A stretch of 64,000 nt of DNA from IMG/VR virus record IMGVR_UViG_3300035659_000004, positions 36,139 to 100,138 of that record; one strand, written 5' to 3'. Position 1 is the first letter of the stretch. The number at the start of each line of letters is the position of its first letter. The position numbers were made by a program, and so were the translations under genes. Positions 47,741-57,341 of the stretch are shown piece after piece. The stretch comes from a virus. A model generated the notes under the pieces. The model did no database searches. It was given only the letters and a program-made list of their open reading frames with translations, and was not told the origin of the DNA.

Positions 47741-47968
47741 ATGATTTTCGAGAAAAGAATCAAAGAGTTGAAAAAGAGAAGGCGTTGGGCCACGGTCTTG
47801 GGATTCGCTTTTCCTTTTGCTCTACTTTTTACGACAGGCGGGAGCTTTTTAATTGCGTCCATAGGTGGTATCTTCTTTTCGGCGATTGCACGGACACTGA
47901 TCACGGAAGAATTGGAAGCGCTCAACAAGACCATCTACCTTGGAGGAAAAAGATATGGCCGTCACTAG
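47741..47968 (+). CDS. Small two-TM protein
   Basis: GAGGT SD; two hydrophobic helices. Confidence 0.55.
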   Translation: MIFEKRIKELKKRRRWATVLGFAFPFALLFTTGGSFLIASIGGIFFSAIARTLITEELEALNKTIYLGGKRYGRH

Positions 47969-48314
47969 TTTGGAAGAAGGGTTAAAGACTCGGGTGGAAG
48001 ACCTTCGTAGATTGTGGGATGACACGATGCAGATACGAGTTCCATTTACGGATACGCGGCGGGTGAAGATTGAGAATTACCTAGCAGAAATTCCGATACG
48101 TATACGGCGTCGAGAAGGATACGAGGCTCTTTTTGCATTAACACGAATCGCCACACTAATTGGGGAGGTTCGTATCGAATTCAAAGATGCTCCCAATATT
48201 GAGGTAGGAGATGTCAATGGAACTGACAAAAGAGACACTGAAAAATGTGCCGTTGAAGAGACTCCGACAGACATACGATCTGCTCAGCACCGAACTCCCA
48301 AGTCTGACCGATGA
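47955..48314 (+). CDS. Hypothetical protein
   Basis: GGAGG SD before MAVTS. Confidence 0.5.
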   Translation: MAVTSLEEGLKTRVEDLRRLWDDTMQIRVPFTDTRRVKIENYLAEIPIRIRRREGYEALFALTRIATLIGEVRIEFKDAPNIEVGDVNGTDKRDTEKCAVEETPTDIRSAQHRTPKSDR

Positions 48315-48636
48315 GTGCTACCTGATTATCCTCGAGCGCTTGATGTCGATAGTCGGAGAGGATGCGGTAATCACGGCGACACATGATGGAGTTGCGGGAT
48401 GCACGATTGTGCATATCGCGGGGCTTGTGGGAAAGGCTGCGGACGTCGCATCGGTAGCAGAAGAAGCCGCGGAGGTACACGGATTCGACGTGAGTCTTTT
48501 AACCGAAAACAATGGGATAGGTATGCATTACATTTTCAGGTTGCACCATCTTCCCCTCGAGCTCGACTGGATTTGGAACACGGTTAATACGACTCCAATT
48601 ACGCTCAAGACCATCATCAAAAAATTGAAGAAGTAG
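48211..48636 (+). CDS. Hypothetical protein
   Basis: 141 aa; SD-like GAGGTAGGAG. Confidence 0.5.
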   Translation: MSMELTKETLKNVPLKRLRQTYDLLSTELPSLTDECYLIILERLMSIVGEDAVITATHDGVAGCTIVHIAGLVGKAADVASVAEEAAEVHGFDVSLLTENNGIGMHYIFRLHHLPLELDWIWNTVNTTPITLKTIIKKLKK

Positions 48637-48657
48637 TTCTCTACAAAAAGAAAGGCG

Positions 48658-49896
48658 GTGACGCTTATGAAGCTTCATCACCCTGAGCGTTACGCGATCA
48701 AATATCGCGACGGCTTGCAGGACGCTATTAAGCGGTTCAACGAAAGGGAATATACCGGAGAGCATCTACTGAAATCACTCTACGCACTCACACCCATCGC
48801 GGTATACATGCAACCCTGGCTACGAAGTATCCTAAAAGATTTAGACAACCCTACCTCATACACCCTGCTCATCAATGATGTTCGGTTACAAGAAGGATTT
48901 GATGCCTTTATGCACACATTGAAGTCCCTTGGCGGCGCCCCTGAACATCTTCAGGAAGAGGTGATGACCGCGGTCAAATATGCGCATTCGTATCTGACGT
49001 GGGAGATGAACGGCAAGCGTATCTATGAAGTACACCCTGACCTTTCATGGGCTCTGCAACGTACGGAGCTTCACGACTTTCCCGCGGAGGATTTGCATCT
49101 TCCCTGCAGCTCTTTGTACCTGGAGCTTCCTCCTACATTACAGGTGCCCAACCGAATCACCGGAGACCATCCGTGTGTGGGCGCCTTCATCATGGAAGAG
49201 CTTTTGGATAACGTCCGGATTTGGCGATTCATGATTGTTGGAGGTCCGGGACCGTCGGCTGAGAGCCAGATGTGCGTGGAGAAGTTTGGAGATGATGATG
49301 CCCTGTTCCATTACTGGATGGACCTCGGACAGACCACCGCGCAGGAGTGCATCGATAAGCAACTCGAAATTAGTAAAATGAAGCAACAGCGAACGTATTA
49401 CTGGAAAGGAAAAGCTTATGATGTCATTCAACCTCCATATGTACGCAGCGATGCTGAGCGCTTGTCCTTCAATGAAACGTTAACAGCGACATTCCGATAC
49501 ATCATGAATTGCGTCATCTACGCGACCACCGCGGAGTCTGACGTTTGGTTCTACGAAGCGTCGAAAGAGTACCGAGACCTAAAAGACCGAGCAATAAAAG
49601 CGACAGGGGAAAAGCGGAAGCGTCTTTTTAAAGAGCTCAAGAACTACGAGTCCCGCACGCGGTACGTGATGGGGAGCAAGACCGTCATCGACCGCAAGCG
49701 TACGAAGGAACCTAAGGGCGAGAGCGAGGGACGTGTACTTACAAAAGGCGGGTTGGTTGCGGGACACTGGCAGCGGTATTGGATAGGGGAAGGGCGGAAA
49801 CAATGCGTACGTAAACTGAGACTTCCCTTCTGGCGTGGGCCGGGAGAAGAAGTTATTAAAGTCGACGAGGGTCGGCATGTGACGAAGCTCAAATAA
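48658..49896 (+). CDS. Phage hypothetical protein
   Basis: 412 aa; C-terminal VAGHWQRYW..PFWRG. Confidence 0.65.
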   Translation: MTLMKLHHPERYAIKYRDGLQDAIKRFNEREYTGEHLLKSLYALTPIAVYMQPWLRSILKDLDNPTSYTLLINDVRLQEGFDAFMHTLKSLGGAPEHLQEEVMTAVKYAHSYLTWEMNGKRIYEVHPDLSWALQRTELHDFPAEDLHLPCSSLYLELPPTLQVPNRITGDHPCVGAFIMEELLDNVRIWRFMIVGGPGPSAESQMCVEKFGDDDALFHYWMDLGQTTAQECIDKQLEISKMKQQRTYYWKGKAYDVIQPPYVRSDAERLSFNETLTATFRYIMNCVIYATTAESDVWFYEASKEYRDLKDRAIKATGEKRKRLFKELKNYESRTRYVMGSKTVIDRKRTKEPKGESEGRVLTKGGLVAGHWQRYWIGEGRKQCVRKLRLPFWRGPGEEVIKVDEGRHVTKLK

Positions 49897-49970
49897 ATCC
49901 AGCCTTTTAGTGGTACAAGCCTTTGTGTTTGTGGGGGTTTCAATTCATTCCGAACAGAAAGGAAGGACAC

Positions 49971-50243
49971 ATGGTTCTCAAGGCAGTGAAATGGGAGACA
50001 GAAAAAGTTGGGAGATTGATCTTAAATGAGTCCGTGGTTCAAAACGGACGGGTCTTAAGACGGGATTCACTGCGCTTAAAGAAACAAAAAGAACGGAACG
50101 GAATTAGGTTCGTCGCGTTGTTGTCCACGGACTTCGACGCGTACGACGGTTATTCAGGGTACGTCTGTCCGTCTTGCGGGGGGACGGAAAGGACCAGCTG
50201 CTGCGAGTGTGCGGCCTGTGGGATGAGGAAGATGGCATGGTAA
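49971..50243 (+). CDS. Small Zn-finger protein
   Basis: CPSCG..CCECAACG; downstream of GGTACAAG (49912). Confidence 0.5.
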   Translation: MVLKAVKWETEKVGRLILNESVVQNGRVLRRDSLRLKKQKERNGIRFVALLSTDFDAYDGYSGYVCPSCGGTERTSCCECAACGMRKMAW

Positions 50244-50578
50244 CATTCAATCGAATTCATGATAATGCGACGAAGTTGGACAGGAAGTGGCCCGGGCGCA
50301 AGACATTTTCAGCCCGGACCATCGCCGAAGTGCTTGAGGTTCGATACGAGGACTTCATCGCTATGGTCCGCTGTGGCGCCTTCCCTGCGTGGAAAGAGAG
50401 TGGCGTTTGGGCTATTCCCATGTGGGAGAGAGGATGCCCTCTAGAATGGGCAGAGAATCGGCGGTATGATGTGGCCCGGCGCTTCCGGTCGGGAAGGGTG
50501 CCGGTGGAGGCGCTGCTCGAGGAGCTCGTCATGCTCGTCGAGAAGAAGGCGAAGAAGGAGGTATCCAATGGGCTATAG
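50237..50578 (+). CDS. Excisionase/MerR-like HTH protein
   Basis: ARTIAEVLEV..VRCGAFPAWK..WAIP. Confidence 0.45.
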   Translation: MVTFNRIHDNATKLDRKWPGRKTFSARTIAEVLEVRYEDFIAMVRCGAFPAWKESGVWAIPMWERGCPLEWAENRRYDVARRFRSGRVPVEALLEELVMLVEKKAKKEVSNGL

Positions 50579-50924
50579 AAGCCAGGTGGGGCTGGTCGTC
50601 CAGGTCGAGGACTTCGAAGGGAAGCTTTTAAAAGAGGCGCAAGTAGTCCAGGATTTGGTGCGGATACTCCTCTCGGAAGCGGACGACATCGAGACGGACG
50701 ATGGGTTTTTGGGTAGCTTCCATTATGCGCTTTATAGATGGAACGATATTAAATGGTATGACGAATACGTAGCGGTTGAGTGGATCGAAAAATACAGAAA
50801 TGTAGCTTCTGAGACGACATCCTTTATTCGTCTGGGAGAGGAAGTGTGTGACCTCGAAGAGGAACATTGCACAACAGACGATTGTCCATTCCACTTGGGT
50901 TGGAGCCGTAAAATAACCTGGTAA
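50568..50924 (+). CDS. Acidic phage hypothetical protein
   Basis: AGGAGG SD; MGYRSQV..IKWYD..FIRLGEE. Confidence 0.6.
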   Translation: MGYRSQVGLVVQVEDFEGKLLKEAQVVQDLVRILLSEADDIETDDGFLGSFHYALYRWNDIKWYDEYVAVEWIEKYRNVASETTSFIRLGEEVCDLEEEHCTTDDCPFHLGWSRKITW

Positions 50925-50972
50925 CAAAAAGCGTTACGGGACTCGACATCCCGTAACGTCATACTCTTTCAC

Positions 50973-51140
50973 ATGAAGAAATTAATCGAAACAGTTGCAC
51001 AAATAGCCCAGATTATGGAAGAGGTTTACTGGGAAGAGGTTCAGCAGGATAGGCTCCCATCTGTCGCTTATAGGGAGGCCCTTCGACGCGTACGCGTTCG
51101 ACTTTATTCACTGCAGAAAATGCAAGGGTTATTAGAATGA
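50973..51140 (+). CDS. Possible 55 aa protein
   Basis: MKKLIETVAQ..; ATGA overlap with the next gene. Confidence 0.4.
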   Translation: MKKLIETVAQIAQIMEEVYWEEVQQDRLPSVAYREALRRVRVRLYSLQKMQGLLE

Positions 51141-51640
51141 TTCTAGAAGAACAAATCGAGAATTATCTGAAAGCCGAACCCACGCGAAAATATACGACGC
51201 GGGACATATCGGTGCGCTTTGGGCGTACACGTGCTGTCACCGAAGTATTAAAAAAAATTCGCTCCGGCTTGATTCCACAGTTGCACTGCATAGTAACGGG
51301 CTCTCGTTATGAATACCTCTACATGCCTGAAGGGTGTGTGGTTGAAACGAAGGTCGTGACATTCCGTGAGCTGCTGGAATATGGGTACCTGCAAGAGGCC
51401 AATCGTCAGTTTTTTAATCCATTGGGGATGAGTCTGGCTCTTGTAGATAATGGAAATCCTTCTCTTATCGTTTACGATTTTCGGCATACGGAACAAGTAG
51501 TGGCTTTTAGCCCAGAGGTTGTGAGTAGTCCTAAGTTTAAGAAACGAATTGAATACGTAGAAAAGAAATGTATTCAACGCCTCAAACGAAAGAAAGCTGA
51601 TGTTACTTCACCGCGGAATAGCTCTGTCTATCGACCTTGA
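51137..51640 (+). CDS. Hypothetical protein
   Basis: 167 aa; GYLQEANRQFFNPLG. Confidence 0.55.
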   Translation: MILEEQIENYLKAEPTRKYTTRDISVRFGRTRAVTEVLKKIRSGLIPQLHCIVTGSRYEYLYMPEGCVVETKVVTFRELLEYGYLQEANRQFFNPLGMSLALVDNGNPSLIVYDFRHTEQVVAFSPEVVSSPKFKKRIEYVEKKCIQRLKRKKADVTSPRNSSVYRP

Positions 51641-52229
51641 TTATTTTAATACACTTGGTTTTGTTAAATTAGATAAATTCTTTAATCTTGTTGTCCGAGC
51701 GGTGCCTCGCGTTCCAACTTTTCTTGTAAACGACCACGCAGACTTAGTGCCTTTCTTTAATCAATACGATAACTATAGCACGCTTATTAATGTAGACCAT
51801 CATTCAGACCTTATGTCTATTGAAGAGAGCAAACCTAAGATGCTTACATGCGGAAATTGGGTTGGATATGTTCCATATAAAGATAAGCATTATATCTGGC
51901 TTACACCTAATAGACATAATGCTATATATGAGAAACACGGATGCTGTTCAGACGATGTGGATTTTTGGGAAAAGGATGCACGAAAAAAGTACGGGTGGAA
52001 AAACATAACTGTCACGCAACAAATACGTGCTATAAAATGGACGGACGTCAATTCCATTGGTATTGCACTGAGTGAACCATGTTATACTGAGCGCGAAATT
52101 ATTTACTACTTCATTAAAAATTGGTACTGGAAGTTAATCGGACGGGGGCTAAACGTTTTTCCTATTTGTCAACGGCGCATAACTTGGTTGTTACAGGCAA
52201 TAAACTATACAAAAGAAAGGACGGCATGA
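51600..52229 (+). CDS. UPF0489-like (arginase-fold) protein
   Basis: SIDLDYF, NVDHHSDL, CGNWV. Confidence 0.55.
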   Translation: MLLHRGIALSIDLDYFNTLGFVKLDKFFNLVVRAVPRVPTFLVNDHADLVPFFNQYDNYSTLINVDHHSDLMSIEESKPKMLTCGNWVGYVPYKDKHYIWLTPNRHNAIYEKHGCCSDDVDFWEKDARKKYGWKNITVTQQIRAIKWTDVNSIGIALSEPCYTEREIIYYFIKNWYWKLIGRGLNVFPICQRRITWLLQAINYTKERTA

Positions 52230-52232
52230 AAC

Positions 52233-52970
52233 ATGCCCCGTTTTGAACCCGCAACCCTGCCACGGACAAAAGCGTGGCGTCAGGTTCTCCACCTATTGTC
52301 AGTCGACGGTACTATACCGCAGATTGCCGCCGCAACTGTTGTTGCAGCCCGACTTGCTTTCAGAACTGCGGAAGAGGACCCGACTCTACTACGAACTGAA
52401 GCTTTCCTGGAAGCGCTGCGTCCGACCTCGGACGTTGAGGAGCTCGGCGCACAGCTTCGGGAACATATCAGTGACTTGCGAAACCCTATTACGGCTCTGG
52501 AGCTTCTGGGGGCGATCCCAAACGCTCTCATTAGAGACGGGGAGGAACGGGGAAACTCTGCTCTCGCCGAGCTCGCAACCCTGGCGTTGACCGAAGTGCT
52601 GTCAGAGGCATTTCGGGGCAAAGGCCTTGATCCTTTTGATGCCGGTGCCTGCCAGATTATGCGAGCTCTTAACGTCCTCACACGCCCTGACCAAAAACAT
52701 CGCCTTCGTGCGTCGTTCTGGGGAGTGTTTCTGTATCGAAGTTTGCAGTATTTCCTGTCGCGCGAAACCTCGAACCGTGTAGGGGAGCGTCGAAGGTTTC
52801 GTAGCAGTGCGGAGCTCGAAACATGGTGTCATCAGCTAAAAGATTACTGTCTAGGAATGGCCGAAAGTTTTTTGGGCCTAAGAAGAGTCGTCCATCGTTT
52901 CTCTCCTCAACTACACATCGAAGACGAGCGAATATTGCCCGCTTTGATTAAATGCGTCGCTGACGCATAA
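52233..52970 (+). CDS. Hypothetical all-alpha protein
   Basis: AGAAAGGA SD; LPRTKAWRQV..YFLSRE. Confidence 0.6.
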   Translation: MPRFEPATLPRTKAWRQVLHLLSVDGTIPQIAAATVVAARLAFRTAEEDPTLLRTEAFLEALRPTSDVEELGAQLREHISDLRNPITALELLGAIPNALIRDGEERGNSALAELATLALTEVLSEAFRGKGLDPFDAGACQIMRALNVLTRPDQKHRLRASFWGVFLYRSLQYFLSRETSNRVGERRRFRSSAELETWCHQLKDYCLGMAESFLGLRRVVHRFSPQLHIEDERILPALIKCVADA

Positions 52971-53005
52971 ACTGTTTTTAAATCCAAACTGAAAGGATTG
53001 TAATC

Positions 53006-53233
53006 ATGAGTTGGGACAAATTTGGTAAGGTCGGAACGGCTGGTGTGGCAGGTGCTGCCGCTGGATATGGTGCTTCTCAGTATTTTGGAATGCGTACAGC
53101 AGGAATGGCGGGACCGGGCGGTGGCTTTGGAAGTTCTGCAGGCGTCGCAAGTGGCATATTTGGTGCATTAGCGAGTATGGCTACTTTTGCAGTCGTAGAT
53201 TCCATCATAGACGACGCCCTAACGAAAAAATAA
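53006..53233 (+). CDS. Small Gly/Ala-rich membrane peptide
   Basis: GAAAGGA SD; GxxxG runs. Confidence 0.55.
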   Translation: MSWDKFGKVGTAGVAGAAAGYGASQYFGMRTAGMAGPGGGFGSSAGVASGIFGALASMATFAVVDSIIDDALTKK

Positions 53234-53236
53234 ACT

Positions 53237-53695
53237 ATGAAATACGCAGTCCAAATAGAGCGAAGTTTAATCCATTATGCTCTGGTTCACGTCGAGGCTG
53301 AAAACGTGAAGGATGCTAAAATTAAGGCAAACGCTATTCCAGATGATAAGCTAGAATGGGAGATATCCGACGAGGCGTATTGCAATGTTTCCTGTGAACC
53401 AGTCATCGAATGTATTCCCGACCCAGGCATCCCCGAGTGCCCCGCATGCGGCTGCTCAGTTTTTAACGAGCTACAGCAAATCGCAGCCGGTCAGCGCGTG
53501 CGCTGGAACGTAGTTGAAAAGTACCTTGAATACGGTGAGCTCTCAATCCACGAGGTTGAGAACGTTGAAGGAATTGAGTGCGCGGATTGCGGCAAGGATC
53601 TCGGTGTGGATTTTTTCCAGCCGTGGCATCGAGATAAGACGCGCAGTGAGATATACGGCGAACATGAACCAACACAACCAAAGGAGGATGCGTGA
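53237..53695 (+). CDS. Hypothetical protein with Zn ribbon
   Basis: VEAEN..DA..KA; CPACG..CADCG. Confidence 0.55.
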   Translation: MKYAVQIERSLIHYALVHVEAENVKDAKIKANAIPDDKLEWEISDEAYCNVSCEPVIECIPDPGIPECPACGCSVFNELQQIAAGQRVRWNVVEKYLEYGELSIHEVENVEGIECADCGKDLGVDFFQPWHRDKTRSEIYGEHEPTQPKEDA

Positions 53696-53991
53696 TGACG
53701 GAAGTTACAAAGCTGGTAAAAGGTGAAAAAGTACCTGTACCAGTCGCTCTGATTGGCGGTAGCGGGTCTGGATGGGTGACAGCCGACCCCGCTACAGACG
53801 GCCTCATGGTAGTTCCCAAGATGGGAGTCGAAGCGGTGATTTTGTCTGACAAAGAATTGGCAGACTTTGGATACGTACGAAAGGTGGTCGAGACACGTGC
53901 CAGTTTACCAAGTCCTCCGGACAATAAGCCGCAACGAAAGAGTACTCGTCAACGCCAACAGCGCGGCGGAGGCTCGAGAAAAAGCAGATGA
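53692..53991 (+). CDS. Hypothetical protein
   Basis: AGGAGG SD. Confidence 0.45.
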   Translation: MMTEVTKLVKGEKVPVPVALIGGSGSGWVTADPATDGLMVVPKMGVEAVILSDKELADFGYVRKVVETRASLPSPPDNKPQRKSTRQRQQRGGGSRKSR

Positions 53992-54121
53992 TGTTCCAGA
54001 CGATGAGTGGATTGAAATCGATGAAGACTGCAGCGTCGAGATTTTTTCTGTAGTCGAAGATTTCGCAGACGGATCTTGCCAGGACCTTGCCCGGGACCCC
54101 TCCACTTCCGTTCGGAACTAA
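53897..54121 (+). CDS. Small protein similar to the N-terminus of the 53237 ORF
   Basis: GTG start; VNANSAAEAREKADDVPDD vs VEAENVKDAKIKANAIPDD. Confidence 0.45.
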   Translation: MPVYQVLRTISRNERVLVNANSAAEAREKADDVPDDEWIEIDEDCSVEIFSVVEDFADGSCQDLARDPSTSVRN

Positions 54122-54138
54122 CCCCCTGCTAGTCACCA

Positions 54139-54175
54139 GGCTCATTGGCTCATTGGCTTATTGGCTCATTGGCTC
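54139..54175. repeat. Intergenic 8 bp tandem repeat
   Basis: GGCTCATT, about 4.6 copies (one GGCTTATT). Confidence 0.9.
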
Positions 54176-54243
54176 TATGACTTTTTAATTGGGGATGCCC
54201 AATACGCATTTTCAAAAATTGGTGGTGGGGCTTCGGCCCTGCC

Positions 54244-54316
54244 TCAAATTTTGCTCATATACGTGGTAAAAGAGTGCGTAGTATTTTCAACCGTGTCGAT
54301 GTTCGGCACAGAAAGG
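54244..54316 (+). promoter_or_regulatory. Phage-specific promoter plus CAACC-hairpin-AGAAAGG leader
   Basis: TCAAAT-N15-GGTAAAAG; GTGTCGA-TGT-TCGGCAC. Confidence 0.6.
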
Positions 54317-54323
54317 ATTTATA

Positions 54324-54599
54324 ATGGGTGACCCGCTAAAATATTTTAGATTAGGGTTCGTGGGGGAGCGCGTTAAAGAACCAAATATAGATTATGAAGC
54401 TGGAGTACAGGCGTACGTAGAAGTTACGACGGCCGTTAATAGGATGAGCATCCAGTACATAAAAGGTTTTAAAGACGGATGTCATCAGGTTCGACGTTAT
54501 GAAGGAGATACCATCTACGACGATGGTTATGCCGCGGGCAAGAAAGCTTTTCATACCGTCTGCGAAGAACGTCGTACCTTTTTAGGTCTGAATGATTAG
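54324..54599 (+). CDS. Hypothetical protein
   Basis: 91 aa after the leader element. Confidence 0.55.
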   Translation: MGDPLKYFRLGFVGERVKEPNIDYEAGVQAYVEVTTAVNRMSIQYIKGFKDGCHQVRRYEGDTIYDDGYAAGKKAFHTVCEERRTFLGLND

Positions 54600-54656
54600 G
54601 TCTCTTTCTGTGTTTTAAACTATCGACTAAAATAGTAAAAAACACAGGGAGGAACC

Positions 54657-54923
54657 ATGCCCGCGTACCAACCCATTCTCATCTGCCCCCTTTGTCAGGA
54701 ACAGCAGTGGTTAACTTTGGGAGACGCGAAAGTACTCATAAGTACAGCAATGCACCGTGGAGATCGGTCTGTCAATTGTCCTGGCTGTGGCTGGGATTTT
54801 TCATCCAAGAAGAACATCACATTCCAACGTATTCCGGAAAGAGAGGTATACGAATGCCACGCTCTAAGCGCGAGAATCAAATCCGACACGCGCGAAGGCG
54901 TGCGCGAGAAAGGTTCGGTTTAA
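54657..54923 (+). CDS. Zn-ribbon protein
   Basis: GGGAGG SD; CPLC..CPGC. Confidence 0.55.
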   Translation: MPAYQPILICPLCQEQQWLTLGDAKVLISTAMHRGDRSVNCPGCGWDFSSKKNITFQRIPEREVYECHALSARIKSDTREGVREKGSV

Positions 54924-55171
54924 ACGCAACACACCTACAACAACTCGAGAAAGATATACAAAACCAGAAGTGTCAGCTCCTCGAGCGGCAGTCTGGCATC
55001 CGTACCGTCTGGTACACCGTAGTCGAAGAGATCGAAGTCGTGGCCGTGTACGACAGCTGTCGTAACGTGGTCGTAACCCTAATTCCATTTTCATGGTGGA
55101 AGGAGAATCATAAGTGCCCAGATTTGAATGTTGGACAGACAACGAACCCACTGTCGCACCTACCCACGTAA
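54854..55171 (+). CDS. Small protein with HAxxRxxER motif
   Basis: GAGGT SD; HARRRARERFG..VVAVYD..VVTL. Confidence 0.5.
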   Translation: MPRSKRENQIRHARRRARERFGLNATHLQQLEKDIQNQKCQLLERQSGIRTVWYTVVEEIEVVAVYDSCRNVVVTLIPFSWWKENHKCPDLNVGQTTNPLSHLPT

Positions 55172-55347
55172 ACGAACCCACTCCCGCCAAGGCTGCCGAA
55201 GCCTTCTTCAAAGGAGCAATATTGTACAAATACCCGGAGGTAGGGATAGAGGTTTTCGTGGTCACGGAGGACGGTGAAGTCCTGAGGTACCAGGTGGAAA
55301 CGATTATAACGGTGGTGTCGAAGATGCTACATAAAGAAGAGATATGA
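55114..55347 (+). CDS. Hypothetical protein
   Basis: AAGGAG SD; 77 aa. Confidence 0.45.
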   Translation: MPRFECWTDNEPTVAPTHVNEPTPAKAAEAFFKGAILYKYPEVGIEVFVVTEDGEVLRYQVETIITVVSKMLHKEEI

Positions 55348-55374
55348 TGTTTACTTTGTGACTCTAAGAAAACA

Positions 55375-56055
55375 ATGAGAGGAGGGATTATGACTAGACC
55401 CAAAGATATTGATTGGGATAAAGTTGAGGATTTAGGAAAAGTACCAGATCCTATTATAGCTAAACGTCTAGGATGTGGGCGCGCAAGTGTACTGCGTGCT
55501 CGCACAATACGGGGTATAGCCGCATGTAAACCCTTTCCAGATTGGACTCGCGTTTCTGACTTAGGAAAAATATGGGATTCTGTTATAGCAAAACGCCTAG
55601 GGATAAAGATTGCTACGGTGCATTCTGCGCGTAAGCGCTTAGGTATATCCCCCTATAAGGAAACTTATACTTGCATATGCTGTGGTAAGACTAAGGAGAC
55701 GCAACAGAAAAACGCTCACTTATGTAGTGAAAACTGTGGTAGTGCACTCGACCGAGCAGTTAAAATACTGGGTGCTGATAATAGGGCCGAATTGAGTATT
55801 CCGTTACTTCAGGCACATCTTAAATTAACTAAAAACCTAAAAGAATACACGGGGATTGGAGGCCAATTAGGTATAAATTGGGATGCAGTTACTGTATTAG
55901 GCAAATTTTCAGACGCTAAAATAGCGCAAATTATTGGTTGCAGTAGAACTACAGTTAAACAGGCTAGACGCAGGCGTGGAATACCCCTACAAACAAGACA
56001 GGAAAATACCAATGCAGTTCAACAAAGTCAGTGCCCTCATGAAGCTTCAAGATGA
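55375..56055 (+). CDS. Protein with three HTH repeats and a Zn finger
   Basis: W..V..LGK..D..IA...G x3; CICCG..CSENC. Confidence 0.7.
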   Translation: MRGGIMTRPKDIDWDKVEDLGKVPDPIIAKRLGCGRASVLRARTIRGIAACKPFPDWTRVSDLGKIWDSVIAKRLGIKIATVHSARKRLGISPYKETYTCICCGKTKETQQKNAHLCSENCGSALDRAVKILGADNRAELSIPLLQAHLKLTKNLKEYTGIGGQLGINWDAVTVLGKFSDAKIAQIIGCSRTTVKQARRRRGIPLQTRQENTNAVQQSQCPHEASR

Positions 56056-56323
56056 CTACATCCAAAAACTCATCGACGGAAAGGCAAGTAAATCTGAAAT
56101 TCGAGATGCCGTTGTTCTAATGCGGGCGCAAATTAATTGCGCAAGTTTTGCTTTACGGCATGGCAAAGCTTCTAGTCGAATACACGTACATTGCGACTAT
56201 ATTCCCGAAGTCTTTTTCACTAAAGAAGCGTCCGAAGCAGCCAAAGACTCCACAGCTAATACCGTGCAAGAGGTTCGAGAAATTATGCCGTGGGAAGTCC
56301 CAGATAAAAAGGATGAGGAATGA
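56012..56323 (+). CDS. Hypothetical protein
   Basis: MQFNKV; coupled to its neighbours. Confidence 0.5.
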   Translation: MQFNKVSALMKLQDDYIQKLIDGKASKSEIRDAVVLMRAQINCASFALRHGKASSRIHVHCDYIPEVFFTKEASEAAKDSTANTVQEVREIMPWEVPDKKDEE

Positions 56324-56910
56324 CCAAAGTAAATGCCGAACACCTCGCCAAACTCTGTTGCGTTTCCCCAGTATGGTTAGGAGGGTTTTTTGCACGAATA
56401 GATTTCGCTCTCGATTGTGAAGGGAAGTTTGACTCCGAAGATTTGTGGGACCGGTTAGAGAGGGGAAAACCAAGAGAAGCATGCGCAGAGAAAAGCGCAG
56501 AGGACACAGCTCTCAGCCTGCGCTCTTCGGTTATAGACCTCTTTCATCGGAATAAGATTTCAGCCAAATGGAAAGTTGCCTGGGGGTCGCAGAAGAATAC
56601 GATTCTGAATATAACCTTACCAGGAGGGCGTGAGATGAGTATCGCGGTACGGTCGGCTACGAAAGGTGGGAAGGGTTATAACTTCTTCCTTACGGCGCCG
56701 TATCTGCCCTGGTACTGTTTCGTATTAGGATCGCCTGACTGTGTGATGTTAAAACGTTCGGACGAACTCTCCTCGGCTGTAAATTGGAAAGACAGAGAAA
56801 AGCTCAATGTAGCGGTACAAGAACTCGATACAGATGGGCTCTTCATAAACCAAATCGAGTATCTCAAGCAAGACTTGATGTTACTCGAGAAAGATGACGA
56901 TACTGAATGA
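56320..56910 (+). CDS. Hypothetical protein
   Basis: 196 aa; ATGA overlap. Confidence 0.55.
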   Translation: MTKVNAEHLAKLCCVSPVWLGGFFARIDFALDCEGKFDSEDLWDRLERGKPREACAEKSAEDTALSLRSSVIDLFHRNKISAKWKVAWGSQKNTILNITLPGGREMSIAVRSATKGGKGYNFFLTAPYLPWYCFVLGSPDCVMLKRSDELSSAVNWKDREKLNVAVQELDTDGLFINQIEYLKQDLMLLEKDDDTE

Positions 56911-57073
56911 ACATATGGGGAAGGTACCAAGGCCGCCCACCTGAGAAAATAGATTCCGACCTTCCTAAAAACGATGCGCTGCGCTGCTTATACGAGTATA
57001 GACTCGCGTTTGGGAAGGATTGGATTCTATGGCTTGGTCGAAAGAAGGATGACCCAACACGAAGGAGAGAGTT

Positions 57074-57274
57074 GTGAGTTTAGCTAAAGACGAGATATTC
57101 AGACAAATGGAAGAGGAAGTGAAATGTGTTAATTGTCGTTATTGGAGTGCCGAGAATCCGGGCCTCTACGAAACAGGTGAATGCTCTCAGTGTGGTGAGT
57201 TTACGATGGGTTCGTCGAATTGCTCTGCAACTAAAATGAGTAGTGACGAATTCGAACCCCCAGAGGACGACTGA
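57074..57274 (+). CDS. Small Cys-rich protein
   Basis: AAGGAG SD; CVNC..CSQC. Confidence 0.5.
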   Translation: MSLAKDEIFRQMEEEVKCVNCRYWSAENPGLYETGECSQCGEFTMGSSNCSATKMSSDEFEPPEDD

Positions 57275-57280
57275 GTAAGC

Positions 57281-57327
57281 AGCGGGAGAGGAATGGCATA
57301 GGCTTACTTTTCTCCCGCTCTTTTTTT
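57281..57327 (+). terminator. Intrinsic terminator
   Basis: AGCGGGAGAGG / TTTCTCCCGCT then T-run. Confidence 0.65.
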
Positions 57328-57341
57328 AATGGGAGCTCCTC

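Noticed and set aside
54324-54599. Another GYxxAL-tagged protein
   Set aside because: YxxG[YF]xxG repeats lack the ALxxLG part and the gene sits under an early-type promoter
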